Source of the DNA: Phoronis australis
Taxonomy: Eukaryota > Animalia > Phoronida
Assembly: GCA_002633005.1 (NCBI GenBank)
Contig: NMRA01000375.1
Location: 332,073-396,072 of the forward strand
Reading direction: 5' to 3'
DNA: 64,000 bases
The notes beneath the pieces were generated by a model that saw only the letters and a program-made list of their open reading frames with translations, did not search any database and was not told the DNA's origin. Below, in pieces: positions 62,501 through 64,000 of the stretch (positions are counted from its first letter, which is position 1; each line of letters opens with the position of its first letter). A program made the translations under genes and the position numbers.

Positions 62501-64000
62501 TTCATTGAGAGTGACTGACTGACATGCTGCTTATAACCACAGTTGTTTCAATTAAAACAGTTTTGTAATTTTTAGACACTTTCAGGCTTCTGTCTTCCTG
62601 GCATCTCTAATAGAATTGTTGACTCTGGATCTTAAGTGATCAATGGGTACTCAGTTCTAGAGTGAATGAGTAATTTCAGCAAGAGTGGTAAAGGGGCAGC
62701 CTGTTGGCTGTCGTCTGTTCGAATTTTACTCCATCGCCTCATCACCTCGACCACGAAAACTACAATGCAGAAATAAAGACAATGCTTGTTCAGCTGTTGA
62801 TGTTTTCTTGAAGTTGCTTTGTACTTGTCTTAACATTCACTTGTTGTTGTAAAACTTTTTAGAGTGGAAGTGATTTCTGGACTTGGAAATTCTAGTACTG
62901 ACAGTCTGTGATAGTAGTGATACTAGTTTTGTGCTCAACAATTATATATCTTGCAGACGATATTTTTTTTACGTATATTTCACAGTTAGTACAAAAAGTA
63001 GTACACCCACGCACGCACGCGCATGCGTCACAAACACTCCTGGGATCAGAATATTGTCAAAGACGAAAATTATACAGATGAATCGTAGGGGCCTACCTTT
63101 CAAGGAACAGTCCATATTCACATTATTATAGAGAATTACCGTTTCAAGCTCGTGAAATCTAGATAATTCTCTTTTGAGTAGCTGCAAACGCGGAACACTA
63201 GAATTTAATCGCACTTGATAAATATGATATTTGACCAAACGTACCGGTATCACCCCGCAATTAACACGTTTCGCATTATGCCTGCCAAACAATATCAGTT
63301 TTCGAGACGATGCAGCCGTTTACTGCCACCCAATAATTTTGAGTCGTATTTATCCCTGAAAACCGACTTCCGATGTTAAGGAGATCTTCAGAGGAGTATT
63401 TGCCCTTCCAAAGCAACGTCCTTGTTCTTCTGGAATTGAACGTGTGTGCTAAAATTCCCAAGCCAGTGTTGCGTTGATTAATGCCATTCACCCACGCCCA
63501 TGGGTTAGTTACGGAAACTAACCCATATAATAGGCGTGGGTAGAGTTCAGTAACCCTAGGACCTACGCTAGAATTTCGCTAAAAGGCAAGACTTCGCGAG
63601 ATTACAGGAGATATTGCCGTGTATTTTAAACGATAGCACGTTATTTTGGCTAGATTATTCCGCTAGCCGCGAGTCAGTTCTTAAACTCTACGCAGGTCTC
63701 GAGCAACGAAGTCTTGTCAGTTCTTCGCAACTGGAAATCGTTTCTTAGCAACAAGATGAGAACGATCTTGTACAGTAAGTGATATAAATCAAAGAGCGGC
63801 TAGTCATTGCTTTTAAAAGTGTCCCCCATTTAATTGAAATAACGCGCAGATCACAGAACCCGGAACTCCACAAACACGCTGGGCATTTGAAATCAGTCCC
63901 AGTCTTTCTCGAAGTATTTTTCATCACTGACTTTTATGCATAGGCGCCGCGGATTTAGGGGAGGGGGGTTGACTGCTACAAAAATGACACCGACTAAGAG

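Noticed and set aside
62883-63491. Short ORFs after APEX2
   Set aside because: No homology signal; length expected by chance.

Overview
Animal (invertebrate-type, spliced GT-AG genes) genomic DNA from a draft assembly (35-N gap at 10488-10522; single Ns at 20112, 36104, 42010, 45512). Genes that can be supported: two tandem G-protein gamma subunit genes (2759-2968, 8956-9180); an intronless 658-aa repeat-plus-pseudokinase ORF (- strand, 23027-25003); an orphan ORF followed by a divergent rolling-stone-like membrane protein (28089-30001); a two-exon isopenicillin-N-synthase-like 2OG/Fe(II) oxygenase (40551-43635); and a six-exon APEX2 (45828-62500). Much of the rest is nested mobile DNA: a decayed RLE-type (HERO-like) non-LTR retrotransposon inside a foldback MITE, several TTAA-flanked Kolobok derivatives (one with THAP/transposase remnants), small MITEs with 5-bp TSDs, and a Helentron-associated (HINE-like) element. 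The most striking unexplained signal is in that last element: it carries a ~150-bp-monomer / ~450-bp higher-order satellite whose best-conserved word matches the CTCF-binding consensus, giving mobile arrays of about 6-14 co-oriented CTCF-like sites. Other notable items: a 35-bp minisatellite grown out of an APEX2 exon/intron junction, and hammerhead-core words in scrambled order in the retrotransposon 3' UTR. All family assignments are by motif recognition by eye; no searches were run.
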